Notes: generated from the sequence alone by a model not told the origin. Counted from the stretch's first letter, positions 1 to 8,654 are shown. The stretch is 64,000 nucleotides of DNA from Archangiaceae bacterium (GCA_016714225.1 JADJNS010000012.1:253422-317421); one strand, 5' to 3'. Translations and numbers: made by a program.

Positions 1-19
1 CTGCTACAGCGAGGCTCAA

Positions 20-982
20 ATGATCGCCGTCGTCGGAGCCACCGGAGTACTGGGCACCCAGCTCGTCGCTGCATTGAACGATGAAGGGCACCCCGTCGAA
101 GAGCTGACGCTCTTTGCCAGCGAGCGCAGCCACGGGAAGGAGATCGAGGTCGGCGACGAGACGCTGGCCATCGAGCCCACCGACTTTCGCGGGGTGAAGC
201 TGGCGCTGGTGGCCACGCCGCTCGCGGTCTCGAAGGGCATCATCGACGAGGCGCGCAAGGCCGGCGCCCGCGTGGTCGACTTCAGCGGAGCGTTTCGCGC
301 CGACCGCTCGGTGCCGATGGTGGTGCCGGGGGTGAGCCCCAAGCCCGGTGACGCGCCGGTGATCGGCGTGGCGGGCGCAGCAGGCGCGGCGCTGGCGACG
401 GTGCTCGCTCCGCTGCACCGGGCGGCGAAGGTGGCCTGGGCCGACGTGACCGGGCTGTACGGCGCCGCGTCGCGCGGCAACCCGGGGCTCGACCTGCTCG
501 AGCAGCAGGTGCCGCAGCTCTTGAGCGGCCGCGGCTCTGAAGGCAACGGCCCGTTCGCGCACACCCTGGCGTTCAACGTGTTTCCGCAGGTCGGCAGCTT
601 CGCCAAGGGGCACCCCCAGTCGTCGGAAGAGCTGGCCGCCGCGCTCGACGTGGCGCGCGCCTTCGAGGGCGTGGGGCCGGTGCGGCTCACCGCGCTGCAC
701 GTGCCGGTGTTCCACGGCGTGATGTTCTGCGTTCACGCCCAGCTCGAGTCGCCGCTCGAGGCCGAGGCCGCGCGCGCCGCCCTCAAGGCCCAGCCGCAGG
801 TGAAGGTGCTCGACCAGCCCGACGAGGCCATCTACCCGACCGCCCTGCTCACCGCGCAGGACGACGCGGTGCACGTCGGCCGGGTGCGCACCGCCGGTAA
901 TCACCTCTGGCTGGTGGCGGCCGTCGACGGCGCGGCGCTGGTCGCCCGCGCGGCGGTGCGAATGGCGCTCGCGCTCGACTGA
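20..982 (+). CDS. semialdehyde dehydrogenase family protein (Asd/ArgC-like paralog; canonical active-site Cys not evident)
   Basis: 320-aa ORF. N-terminal Rossmann motif MIAVVGATGVLG and C-terminal HVPVFHG His motif are typical of aspartate-semialdehyde dehydrogenases. The loop that aligns by eye to I-A-N-P-N-C-S-T reads VIGVAGAAGAAL. Confidence 0.7.
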   Translation: MIAVVGATGVLGTQLVAALNDEGHPVEELTLFASERSHGKEIEVGDETLAIEPTDFRGVKLALVATPLAVSKGIIDEARKAGARVVDFSGAFRADRSVPMVVPGVSPKPGDAPVIGVAGAAGAALATVLAPLHRAAKVAWADVTGLYGAASRGNPGLDLLEQQVPQLLSGRGSEGNGPFAHTLAFNVFPQVGSFAKGHPQSSEELAAALDVARAFEGVGPVRLTALHVPVFHGVMFCVHAQLESPLEAEAARAALKAQPQVKVLDQPDEAIYPTALLTAQDDAVHVGRVRTAGNHLWLVAAVDGAALVARAAVRMALALD

Positions 983-1075
983 CAATTTGGCAGGCGCGCT
1001 GCGGCGAACGCCCGCCAAGGGTGCAGAGTTACGGCGATTGCAGTGGCCGCAAGGTTGCTTTAGCGACGCGCACTC

Positions 1076-1948
1076 ATGAGCCTGGCTCTCTCCCTGGTTC
1101 CCCTTCTCGCTGCCGGTCAGCTCGGCGTCGTCACCCTGGACATCAACCAAGCCTCCGAAATCTCCATCGGGGCGGACGACTGCGGCACCAGCAAGACCGG
1201 CACGTGGACGGTGGCGTTCACCGGCTACGCCTGCAGCTCGCTCTCGCTGTGGGTGACGCAGGGCGACTGCGGTGACGCCATCGCGACCGGTGACCTGAAG
1301 ATCGCCGACATCGCGCAGAGCGCCATCAACGCGAATCGCAGCCAGTCGTCGACGGTCTCGATCGCCATCGACAAGCTCCCCGCATTCGCCGCGGCAGCAG
1401 CCGACGGCGGTGCGGTGTGCGGCAGCGCGGGCGTCGAGGTGGACCACAAGTTCTGCGCCGCGGTGAGCGTCTACACCGACCTCACCTGCTTCACGAAGAG
1501 CACGGTGCGCGCCACCACTCCGGTCACCATTCACTACGACACCAAGGCTCCGGGGGCCCCCTCGGTCTCGGCAGAGGCGCTCGATTCGGCGGCGGCGGTG
1601 ACCGTGTCGTACGACTCGGACACCGAGTCGCTCGACGTGCAGGCGCGCATTCAAGGAGAAGAAGAGTTCGTCACCCTGGGGCAGCTGGCCAGCCCGAACA
1701 CCAACAAGACCATCGACGGGCTCGAGAACGGGGTGACCTACGAGGTGCAGGCCATCGCCTACGACAGCGTGGGCAACGCCAGTGAAGCCAGCGCCATCGC
1801 CACCGTCACGCCGCGCAAGTCGAGCGGCTTCTGGGAGTCGTGCGTCGCCGCCGGCTGCAACAACGGCGGTTGTTCGACGACCCCGGCAGCGCTGGGTTTG
1901 GCTACGCTCGCGGCGATGCTGCTGCTCAGACGGAGGGTTCGCCGATGA
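1076..1948 (+). CDS. secreted fibronectin-type-III-like protein with MYXO-CTERM-type sorting tail
   Basis: Signal-like N-terminus MSLALSLVPLLAAG. FN3-like segment GLENGVTYEVQAIAYDSVGNASEAS. C-terminus GGCSTTPAALGLATLAAMLLLRRRVRR (Cys, hydrophobic helix, Arg cluster). Confidence 0.75.
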   Translation: MSLALSLVPLLAAGQLGVVTLDINQASEISIGADDCGTSKTGTWTVAFTGYACSSLSLWVTQGDCGDAIATGDLKIADIAQSAINANRSQSSTVSIAIDKLPAFAAAAADGGAVCGSAGVEVDHKFCAAVSVYTDLTCFTKSTVRATTPVTIHYDTKAPGAPSVSAEALDSAAAVTVSYDSDTESLDVQARIQGEEEFVTLGQLASPNTNKTIDGLENGVTYEVQAIAYDSVGNASEASAIATVTPRKSSGFWESCVAAGCNNGGCSTTPAALGLATLAAMLLLRRRVRR

Positions 1949-2685
1949 TGTCGATGATGCTGGCCGCTTTGGCGCTGGCGCAGTCTCCCACCACCTTCCC
2001 CTCGACCGAGACGCGCAGCGAGTCTCCGCGCAGCATGCTCACCGAGGTTCGCCTGGGCAGCTACTACCCCTGGGTCGACCGCCCGCTCGACTGCACGCCG
2101 GGCAGCTGCCCGTACCAGTCGATTCTCGGGGGCGCGATGCTGCTGGTCGAGCTCGAGGTCGAGCGCGAGCTGTTCCAGGCGTTCGGCACCGCGTCGCTGG
2201 GGGCAAGCCTGGGCTACGCCGAGAAGTACGGGCACGCCTCGACCACCGACGGCTCGACCGGCGAAGCGACCGGCCTGCGCATTCTGCCGATGAAGGCGAT
2301 CGCCTCGTACCGGTGGGACTGGCTGGCCCACAAGCACGGCATCCCCCTGGTGCCGTACCTGAAGTTCGGCTTTCAGGTGGTGCACTGGTGGGTGATGAAG
2401 GGCAACCAGACCGAGAGCGTCGGCACCGCGGCCGGGGCCGGCTGGAGCTACGGCCTGGTGGGCGCGGGCGGCCTGTCGTTCATGCTCGACCCGCTCGACC
2501 CGCGCCTCGCGCGCGACTTCGACACCGGCATGGGCGTGAACCACACCTACCTGTTCGCCGAGTTCAACATCGCCGAGGTGAACAACTTCGGCGCCAAGAA
2601 GCTGAACAGCGCCGGCGTGGCCCAGCCGGCCACCCTCGACCTGTCGTCGCGGTACGCGATGTTCGGCATCGCGTTCGAGTACTGA
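1945..2685 (+). CDS. outer-membrane beta-barrel protein, function unknown
   Basis: ATG at 1945 overlaps the upstream stop (ATGA). Signal peptide MMSMMLAALALAQS. Alternating-strand composition. C-terminal FGIAFEY aromatic OMP signature. Confidence 0.6.
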   Translation: MMSMMLAALALAQSPTTFPSTETRSESPRSMLTEVRLGSYYPWVDRPLDCTPGSCPYQSILGGAMLLVELEVERELFQAFGTASLGASLGYAEKYGHASTTDGSTGEATGLRILPMKAIASYRWDWLAHKHGIPLVPYLKFGFQVVHWWVMKGNQTESVGTAAGAGWSYGLVGAGGLSFMLDPLDPRLARDFDTGMGVNHTYLFAEFNIAEVNNFGAKKLNSAGVAQPATLDLSSRYAMFGIAFEY

Positions 2686-2704
2686 CGGTCGGCTTTGCGT
2701 TAGG

Positions 2705-4402
2705 GTGCTCGGCGCCTTGAGGCGCGCGCTCCATGCGGTCGTGCTGCTGGCCGCCGTGAGCGGGTGCCTGCGCACGCACTTCGAGCGGCGCAGCGTGCCG
2801 GTCGACACCGGCCTGCCCTTGAGCTTCGGCGAAGAGGGCGGCGCGGTCTTGAGCTGGGACTTCGGCGACGGCAGCCCGCGCGTCGAGGCCGCGCACGTCG
2901 AGCGCGCCTTCACCCGCGGCGGGCACTACGTGGTGCGCGCCACCGCGGGCGAGCAGCTGGTCTGGCAGATCGAGCTCGACGCCATGCCGCGCCCGGTGAC
3001 GCGCGCGGTGCCGGCCGCCGCCGAGTGGGCGGTGTTCGCTCCCCAGGTGAAGGGCGACTTCAACGGCTCGCTCGACTTCTTCGAGCGCGTGCTGGGCCCG
3101 GGCAACCTGCAGAGCGTGCTCGACGGCACGCTGCTCGCCGCGCTGGCCATCGACTCGACCGCGATGGGCGCGCTGGTCGACCCGCTCAAGGGGTTCGGCG
3201 CGTTTCGGCTGGGAGGCCTCGACGCCACGGTCGTGCTGCTGGGCGTGCAAGACGAGCGCGCGGCGATGGACGAGCTCGACGCGCGGCTGCACGGCACCGA
3301 CCTGGGCCAGGGCGCGCGCGGCTTCGAGACGAAAGAGGGCGCGCGCGCGCTGGTGTTCGCCGACCGCGGCTACCTCTACGCGGTGTTCCCGCACGACCCG
3401 CAGGTGGCCGCCCAGGTGATGCAGGCGGTGCGCGCCGCCGACGCCCGCGGGCTCGAGCTCAACGCCGCGTATCGCTCGCTGCCCGCCGGCCAGACCGGCC
3501 GGGTGGTGATGCTGGCGGCGCCGCTTCAGAAGGCCCAGCTGCCCATCGACGCGCTGTGGGCCACGGTGAACGTGAGCGGCAACCGCGCCCAGCTCGAGGG
3601 GCGGCTGTTCTCGAAAGATCTGCTCTGGCAGACCCAGGGGCAGCCCTCGGCCACCGCGCTGCTCTCGCGCGCCTGGGAGGGCCCGGTGCTGGCGGCGTCG
3701 CTGCGGCTGCCGCCGGGGCTGTTGCGCTCGATGCTCGAGAAGGGCAGCCCCGAGCGCGAGGCCAGCCGGCAGCGGCTGCTCTCGCACGGCATCGACATCG
3801 AGCGCATGGTGAAGGCGCTCACCGGCGACGTCGGCGCGCTGATGTGGTTCGACGCCGAGGCGTTTCTGCGCAACCTCATCGAAGGCAGCGAGCGCCCCGA
3901 GCCGCGTGGCGCGGCGCTGGTCGAGGTGCAGCTGTCGGACGGCAAGGCCTGGGAGTCGGCGGTGGGGCAGATGCTCGAGGTGTTTCTGCCGGTGCGGCCG
4001 AAGCTCCAGCAGCGGTCGGACGGCTCGGTGTGGAGCACCCGGCTCGCTGGGCAGGACGCGCAGCTCACCGTGGCGGCGAAGTCGATGCGGGTCGAGCTGG
4101 GGTCGGGGCTGCGCGGCCGCACGCTGGTCGACCTCTCGGCCCTGCTCGGGCAGCGCTTCGACGGCGCGTTCGGCAAGGGGCACGCCTCGCTGCTCTTCGA
4201 CGTGGGCCGCCTCAAGGCCGAGCTCGAGACGCCGCGGATGATCGAGGGCCTCGACCCGATGAAGGTGGTGACGGTGCAGGGGTTCGCGTCGGCGTTTCTC
4301 GACCGCTACACCGCCATCGATCACGTGCTGCTCGATCTCGCGCCGCTGCCCGACGGCGCGGCGCTCAAGGGCCGCATCGTGCTGAAAGAGAAAGAGCATT
4401 GA
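2705..4402 (+). CDS. lipoprotein with PKD-like motif, function unknown
   Basis: 565-aa ORF with GTG start. Lipobox LLAAVSGC. WDFGDGS motif. Strong GC3 bias in this frame only. Confidence 0.65.
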   Translation: MLGALRRALHAVVLLAAVSGCLRTHFERRSVPVDTGLPLSFGEEGGAVLSWDFGDGSPRVEAAHVERAFTRGGHYVVRATAGEQLVWQIELDAMPRPVTRAVPAAAEWAVFAPQVKGDFNGSLDFFERVLGPGNLQSVLDGTLLAALAIDSTAMGALVDPLKGFGAFRLGGLDATVVLLGVQDERAAMDELDARLHGTDLGQGARGFETKEGARALVFADRGYLYAVFPHDPQVAAQVMQAVRAADARGLELNAAYRSLPAGQTGRVVMLAAPLQKAQLPIDALWATVNVSGNRAQLEGRLFSKDLLWQTQGQPSATALLSRAWEGPVLAASLRLPPGLLRSMLEKGSPEREASRQRLLSHGIDIERMVKALTGDVGALMWFDAEAFLRNLIEGSERPEPRGAALVEVQLSDGKAWESAVGQMLEVFLPVRPKLQQRSDGSVWSTRLAGQDAQLTVAAKSMRVELGSGLRGRTLVDLSALLGQRFDGAFGKGHASLLFDVGRLKAELETPRMIEGLDPMKVVTVQGFASAFLDRYTAIDHVLLDLAPLPDGAALKGRIVLKEKEH

Positions 4403-5064
4403 GCGGCGCGCGGCTCGAGGTGCGCTACTTCGCCGCGGCGCGAGAGCGGGCGGGCTGCAGCGCAGAGGCGGTCGAGCTGCCCACCCCGGCCACGGTGGCC
4501 GCGCTGACCGCGGCCCTGGGGGCCCGGCACCCGGCGCTCGCGCCGCTGCTCAAGCACCTGCGGGTGGCGGTGAACCACGAGTTCAGGGGGCCCGACGACG
4601 CGCTGCAGGCCGGTGACGAGGTGGCGCTGATTCCTCCCGTGGCCGGCGGCTCGGGGGTGTTCCGGGTGACCGACGCGCCGCTGCAGCTGTCGGAGGTGGT
4701 CGAGGCGGTGAGCGGCCGGGGGCAGGGCGGGGTGGTGACGTTCAGCGGCGCGGTGCGCGACGCCACCCGGGGGCGGGCGGTGCTGCGGCTCGAGTACGAG
4801 GCCTACGGCGAGATGGCGGTGAAGCAGCTCGAGGCGCTCGGCGCGCAGGCGGCGCAGCGCTTCGGCGCGCGGCTGGCCATCGTGCACCGGGTGGGCACGC
4901 TGGTGCCCGGTGAGCTGGCGGTGGTGATCGCGGCCTCGGCACCGCACCGGGCCGAGGCGTTCGCGGCGTGCGCCTTCGCCATCGAAGAGCTGAAGCGCGA
5001 TGTGCCGATCTGGAAGAAAGAGGTATACGAAGACGGCGACGTCTGGGTGGGCCTGGGACCCTGA
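4399..5064 (+). CDS. moaDE: molybdopterin synthase with fused sulfur-carrier (MoaD) and catalytic (MoaE) subunits
   Basis: In-frame TTG at 4399 overlaps the upstream stop (TTGA); an alternative GTG lies at 4420. The first ~84 aa end in the MoaD hallmark DEVALIPPVAGG. The remainder matches MoaE (LEYEAYGEMA, IVHRVGTLVPGE, SAPHRAEAF, IWKKEVY). Confidence 0.8.
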   Translation: MSGARLEVRYFAAARERAGCSAEAVELPTPATVAALTAALGARHPALAPLLKHLRVAVNHEFRGPDDALQAGDEVALIPPVAGGSGVFRVTDAPLQLSEVVEAVSGRGQGGVVTFSGAVRDATRGRAVLRLEYEAYGEMAVKQLEALGAQAAQRFGARLAIVHRVGTLVPGELAVVIAASAPHRAEAFAACAFAIEELKRDVPIWKKEVYEDGDVWVGLGP

Positions 5065-5087
5065 GTTGCTGTATAGGGCGGCCCATC

Positions 5088-7142
5088 ATGAGACTCCTTC
5101 ACCTGGCAGGTTTCCTCGCGGCGGCGAGCCTCGCGGTCAGCGGCTGTAAGTGCGGTGGCAGCAGCGGCGACGATGCGGGCACGGACGGCGGCGGCAAAGA
5201 CGCCGGCCCCATCTCCTGCCAGACCACGGCCGACTGCAAGACGGCGGGCGCGACCGACCTGGTGTGTGACCCGCAGGAAAAGGTCTGCGTCGCGAAGTGC
5301 GCTCAGGACAGCGACTGCACCTACGTGGCGTCGGGCGTGTGCGAGACCAACGAGGGCACCTGCCACAAGCCGTGCGGCGAAGAAGACTTCTGCCCGGCGG
5401 TGGTGCCGGCCGACGGCGGCGTGAGCCTGGTGTGCCGTGAGCAGACCGGCCACTGCGTGCCGCGCTGCTCGCAAGACGACGACTGCAGCGCGATCGCCTC
5501 GGGCTCGCGGTGTGTCGAGACCACCGGCAAGTGCGTGGGCGATGCGCACGGCTGCAACTTCGACACCGACTGCAACAGCTACACCGACTTCGACGACTAC
5601 TGCTTCAACGGCGGCATTCAGTGCCGCTGCGTGATCGAGAGCAACGACGCCGGCACCAACGGCGTGTGCCACCGCCGGCGCCGCTCGTGCAGCGAGTGCA
5701 CCAGCGACGTGCAGTGCGGCAACGTGCCCCAGTTCGACCCGCAGGGCGCCTGCCAGGTGGTCAACGGCGACACCAGCGGCAAGAAGTACTGCCTGTTTCA
5801 GCACTCGGGGCCGTGCGCGTGCGGCTACTTCGACAACGGCAGCGGCTTCTGCGCTCCGGCGTCGGGCCGCACCTGCGCCGACCCCGGCTGCGCGGAAGAC
5901 AAAGACTGCCCCGGCGGCAGCGTGTGCAACGCCGCGCGCTGCGCCTGCGAGGCGCGCTGCCGGTGGGACTTCGCGAACAAGACCACCGCGGCTCCGGGCT
6001 GCCCGATCGTCGCCGGTGTGCAGACCACCTGCTGGGTCGACAACGAGAACCTCGACCCGGCGTCGATCTACTACGGCTCGGGCCGCTGCAAGCCGCCCTG
6101 CATGAGCGACAACGACTGCAAGTTCAACTCGAGCACCAACCCGCACGGCGGCGACAAGCTGAAGTGCGCGGGTGAGCAGCTGGCGGGCGGTGGCCTGTCG
6201 GACAAGCGGTGCCGCGCCAACGGCGACTGCATGGACGATCTCGAGTGCCCGGTTCAGCCCGACACCTCGATCTACTTCGGCTACTGCGACCGCGGCTCGT
6301 TCGCGTGCAAGCTCGACTGCCGCGTGGGCACCGACCCGCTCAGCAGCAAGCCCTACAACGACTGCCGCTCGCCGTACGGCTGCCAGAACGGCCCCAACGA
6401 CGCCGGCATCTGCGTGCTGAAGACCTGCGTCGAGCAGGGCGGCGCGTCGATCGCCTGCAACACCGGCGAGTACTGCTGCGGCGAAGACAAGAACGGCGAC
6501 GACGCTGGCGACCCCTGCCCGCCGCCGGGCGAGCGCGACCCGTCGGGTTGCTACAAGGCCCCCAAGCCGCCGTTCTGCACCTCGTGCATGAGCAACGACG
6601 ACTGCAAGTCGCTGCAGGCCCCGTCGTGGCAGACCAACTGCCCGCCCGGCGTGGTCTCGCCCAGCTGCAGCCCGTACCCGATTCTCTGCTACCCGTTCCA
6701 GGACCAGGCGACGATGCGCCAGGTCAACGTGTGCGCCCCGGCGACCTACAATGACTCGCGCCGCGACTCCTTTGGCCGCGGCCGCGACACCAAGGGCTGC
6801 CCCGCCGGCTTCTCGGCGTTCTACCAGCGCATCAAGTTCGTCAACGGCGACGACAACTGCACCTCGGACGCGCAGTGCCAGCTGGGCGGCATCGACGCCG
6901 GCCGCTGCGGCATCGACAACACCGTCACCCTGCGTGACGGCGGTCACCCGCTGTCGTGCCTCTGCACGGTGGGCTCGGCGACCGAGCAGTGCCCCAACCA
7001 GCCCGACGCCGGCGTGACCAGCTTCTGCAAGTTCGGCAACAACGGCGACACCCAGGCCTGCATGCAGACCGTCTCGTGCCTGCCGCCTTCGCCGTACGTG
7101 TTCAGCGACGCGGGGCCGCCGTTTAACGGCTGCGCGCTGTAA
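5088..7142 (+). CDS. cysteine-rich repeat lipoprotein
   Basis: ATG at 5088. Lipobox LAVSGC. 684 aa with 78 Cys by my count, arranged in reiterated x-D-x-D-C...G-x-C...C modules (e.g. AQDSDCTYVASGVCETNEGTC, SQDDDCSAIASGSRCVETTGKC). Confidence 0.7.
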   Translation: MRLLHLAGFLAAASLAVSGCKCGGSSGDDAGTDGGGKDAGPISCQTTADCKTAGATDLVCDPQEKVCVAKCAQDSDCTYVASGVCETNEGTCHKPCGEEDFCPAVVPADGGVSLVCREQTGHCVPRCSQDDDCSAIASGSRCVETTGKCVGDAHGCNFDTDCNSYTDFDDYCFNGGIQCRCVIESNDAGTNGVCHRRRRSCSECTSDVQCGNVPQFDPQGACQVVNGDTSGKKYCLFQHSGPCACGYFDNGSGFCAPASGRTCADPGCAEDKDCPGGSVCNAARCACEARCRWDFANKTTAAPGCPIVAGVQTTCWVDNENLDPASIYYGSGRCKPPCMSDNDCKFNSSTNPHGGDKLKCAGEQLAGGGLSDKRCRANGDCMDDLECPVQPDTSIYFGYCDRGSFACKLDCRVGTDPLSSKPYNDCRSPYGCQNGPNDAGICVLKTCVEQGGASIACNTGEYCCGEDKNGDDAGDPCPPPGERDPSGCYKAPKPPFCTSCMSNDDCKSLQAPSWQTNCPPGVVSPSCSPYPILCYPFQDQATMRQVNVCAPATYNDSRRDSFGRGRDTKGCPAGFSAFYQRIKFVNGDDNCTSDAQCQLGGIDAGRCGIDNTVTLRDGGHPLSCLCTVGSATEQCPNQPDAGVTSFCKFGNNGDTQACMQTVSCLPPSPYVFSDAGPPFNGCAL

Positions 7143-7160
7143 ACCGACCTGCCTGACGGC

Positions 7161-7540
7161 CGATGCACGGCGCGCTGCTTCGTTGAACGCTGCGCGACGT
7201 GCTCACGGCCAACAGCGGCCGCTCCGCGCGTTGCTCGCGTTCGCCTCGCATCGCTTGTGCCTCGGCCGCCATGGGGGCCGTTGGTGAGGAACGGCGCGCG
7301 GCTTCGTTGAACGCTGCGCGACGTGCTCACGGCCAACAGCGGCCGCCCGGCGCGTTGCTTGCGTTCGCCTCGCATCGCTTGTGCCTCGGCCGCCATGGGG
7401 GCCGTTGGGGCGATGCACGGCGCGCGTCGGAACGTCTCTTCGTAGACGTGGACGTGGACGTGGACGGCCGCTCGGCGCGTCGCGCACGTTCGCCTCGCAT
7501 TGCCGCTCAGTCGATGGGGCGCATCGCTTTGCTGGGTTCG
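7161..7540. repeat. non-coding tandem repeat with ~124-bp period: two near-identical copies plus a degenerate third copy
   Basis: The 108-bp cores at 7177-7284 and 7301-7408 differ at 3 positions. The 15-mer CGATGCACGGCGCGC recurs at 7161 and 7411. The third copy is diverged and carries (GACGTG)x3 at 7445-7462. Translations in all frames are Arg/Ala-rich junk. Confidence 0.85.
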
Positions 7541-7556
7541 CCCCCGTCACCTAAGG

Positions 7557-7579
7557 CCCTCTCCCGCGAGGGGAGAGGG
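7557..7579 (+). terminator. GC-rich hairpin (9-bp perfect stem CCCTCTCCC/GGGAGAGGG, 5-nt loop) followed by GGCTCTCTTT
   Basis: Inverted repeat read directly from the sequence. It lies at the 3' edge of the tandem-repeat region, 90 nt upstream of the next ATG. A similar motif occurs at 35780-35800. Confidence 0.35.
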
Positions 7580-7668
7580 GGCTCTCTTTGAGCCGTTGTG
7601 GCTCGCTCGTGGGTCGGGAGAAATTGTGCTCGACTGCCTGCTGTTCGAGCACCAGGAGCCCACACCCC

Positions 7669-8439
7669 ATGCGCGCATTTTTCTTGGCTGGCTGTCTCTT
7701 CGCGACCGCGGCGTGGGCGGGCGACCGCGACATCTCGATGCGCGAGGGTGAGCGGCGCTCGTTCAAGCTGCCCGGCGTGTCGCAGATCGCCATCGACGAC
7801 GCCTCGGTGGTCGAGGGCGTGGCGAAGAACGATCAGCTGAGCGTCACCGCGCGCGGTGCGGGCACGGCGCGCATTCTGGTGCTGCTCAAGAACGACCAGT
7901 GGGTGACGTTCAAGGTGAAGGTCGCCGCGTCAGACGTCGCCGAGGGGCCGGTGCCCGAGGCGCTGCCCGCCGACGGTGAGCCGGTGCGGCTGCGGGCCGG
8001 CGAGTCACGGGTGTTCGAGACGCCGGGCATCTTGAAGATGCCGGTGAGCGGCCAGGGCTTCGAGGCCAAGGTGAACGGCAAGCTGCTCGAGCTGCGCGGG
8101 GTGAGCCCGGGGAGAACGGTGGTCGATCTGGGGCTTTCGGGCGGGAAGAAGGTGCAGCTCACGGTGCTGGTCGAGGGCGAGAAGCGGGGCCTGGGCTCGG
8201 CGGCGAAGAAGGTCGAGCAGGCGGCGGGTGAGCGCATCGAGCTGCCGGTGAGCGCCGAGATTCTCATCAAGGCCCCTGAGGTCGACGGGGTGCAGGTCGA
8301 AGACGACGAGGTCGCCGAGGTGCGCATCGTCGGCGATGGGCGGGTGGTGGTGAGAGGGCTGCAAGAAGGCGAGACGGTGGTGTTCGTGCGGCGGGGGGGG
8401 CGGGTTTACGCGCACCCCGTGCTGGTGGTCATGCCGTGA
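7669..8439 (+). CDS. exported protein with three pilus-assembly N-terminal (CpaC/RcpC-type) like repeats
   Basis: ATG at 7669 is preceded by AGGAG at 7654-7658. Signal peptide MRAFFLAGCLFATAAWAG. Three ~75-aa units follow the pattern G-x-S-x-x-L-x-L...V-x-V-x-D-x-x-V-A-x-V...G-x-T-x-x-x-V (e.g. ISMREGERRSFKLPGVSQIAIDDASVVEGV...GTARILVL). Confidence 0.55.
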   Translation: MRAFFLAGCLFATAAWAGDRDISMREGERRSFKLPGVSQIAIDDASVVEGVAKNDQLSVTARGAGTARILVLLKNDQWVTFKVKVAASDVAEGPVPEALPADGEPVRLRAGESRVFETPGILKMPVSGQGFEAKVNGKLLELRGVSPGRTVVDLGLSGGKKVQLTVLVEGEKRGLGSAAKKVEQAAGERIELPVSAEILIKAPEVDGVQVEDDEVAEVRIVGDGRVVVRGLQEGETVVFVRRGGRVYAHPVLVVMP

Positions 8440-8628
8440 CGCGGTCACCCTGAGCGAAGCCGCGAAGCGGCGAAGTCGAAGGGGTTCACTCCAGGTCGAA
8501 GGCACCCACTGCCGCGAGCTCCATGCTTCAAGCAGCACCGCGTCGCGCAGCGATACGATGGAGTATGTGGTGCTCAGCCTTCGGCGAGCGACGGCAGGGT
8601 TCGACGTCGCTCACCCTGACCGCTCTCG

Positions 8629-8654
8629 AAAAACTGGGCTCAGGGTGCGAGCCC
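8629..8654 (-). terminator. intrinsic terminator for the minus-strand lipoprotein gene
   Basis: Immediately after the stop at 8655-8657. On the minus strand: stem GGGCTC, 7-nt loop, stem GAGCCC, then AGTTTTTCG. Confidence 0.6.

Noticed and set aside
2564-4399. Very long ORFs on the opposite strand or in alternative frames of nearly every gene (e.g. 2564-4399 -, 4803-6947 -, 13021-15108 -, 36728-39865 +, 54378-57476 -, 61622-63781 -).
   Set aside because: Their translations are monotonous Arg/Ala/Gly/Pro/His-rich strings with no motifs. They mirror a well-supported gene in another frame that carries the GC3 bias. This is the expected stop-codon paucity of ~70% GC DNA.
7161-7540. Possible CRISPR array at the 7.2-kb tandem repeat.
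   Set aside because: The period is ~124 bp with 108-bp near-identical units and only ~16 bp between them. That is not 25-40-bp repeats separated by unique spacers. There are no cas genes in the window.
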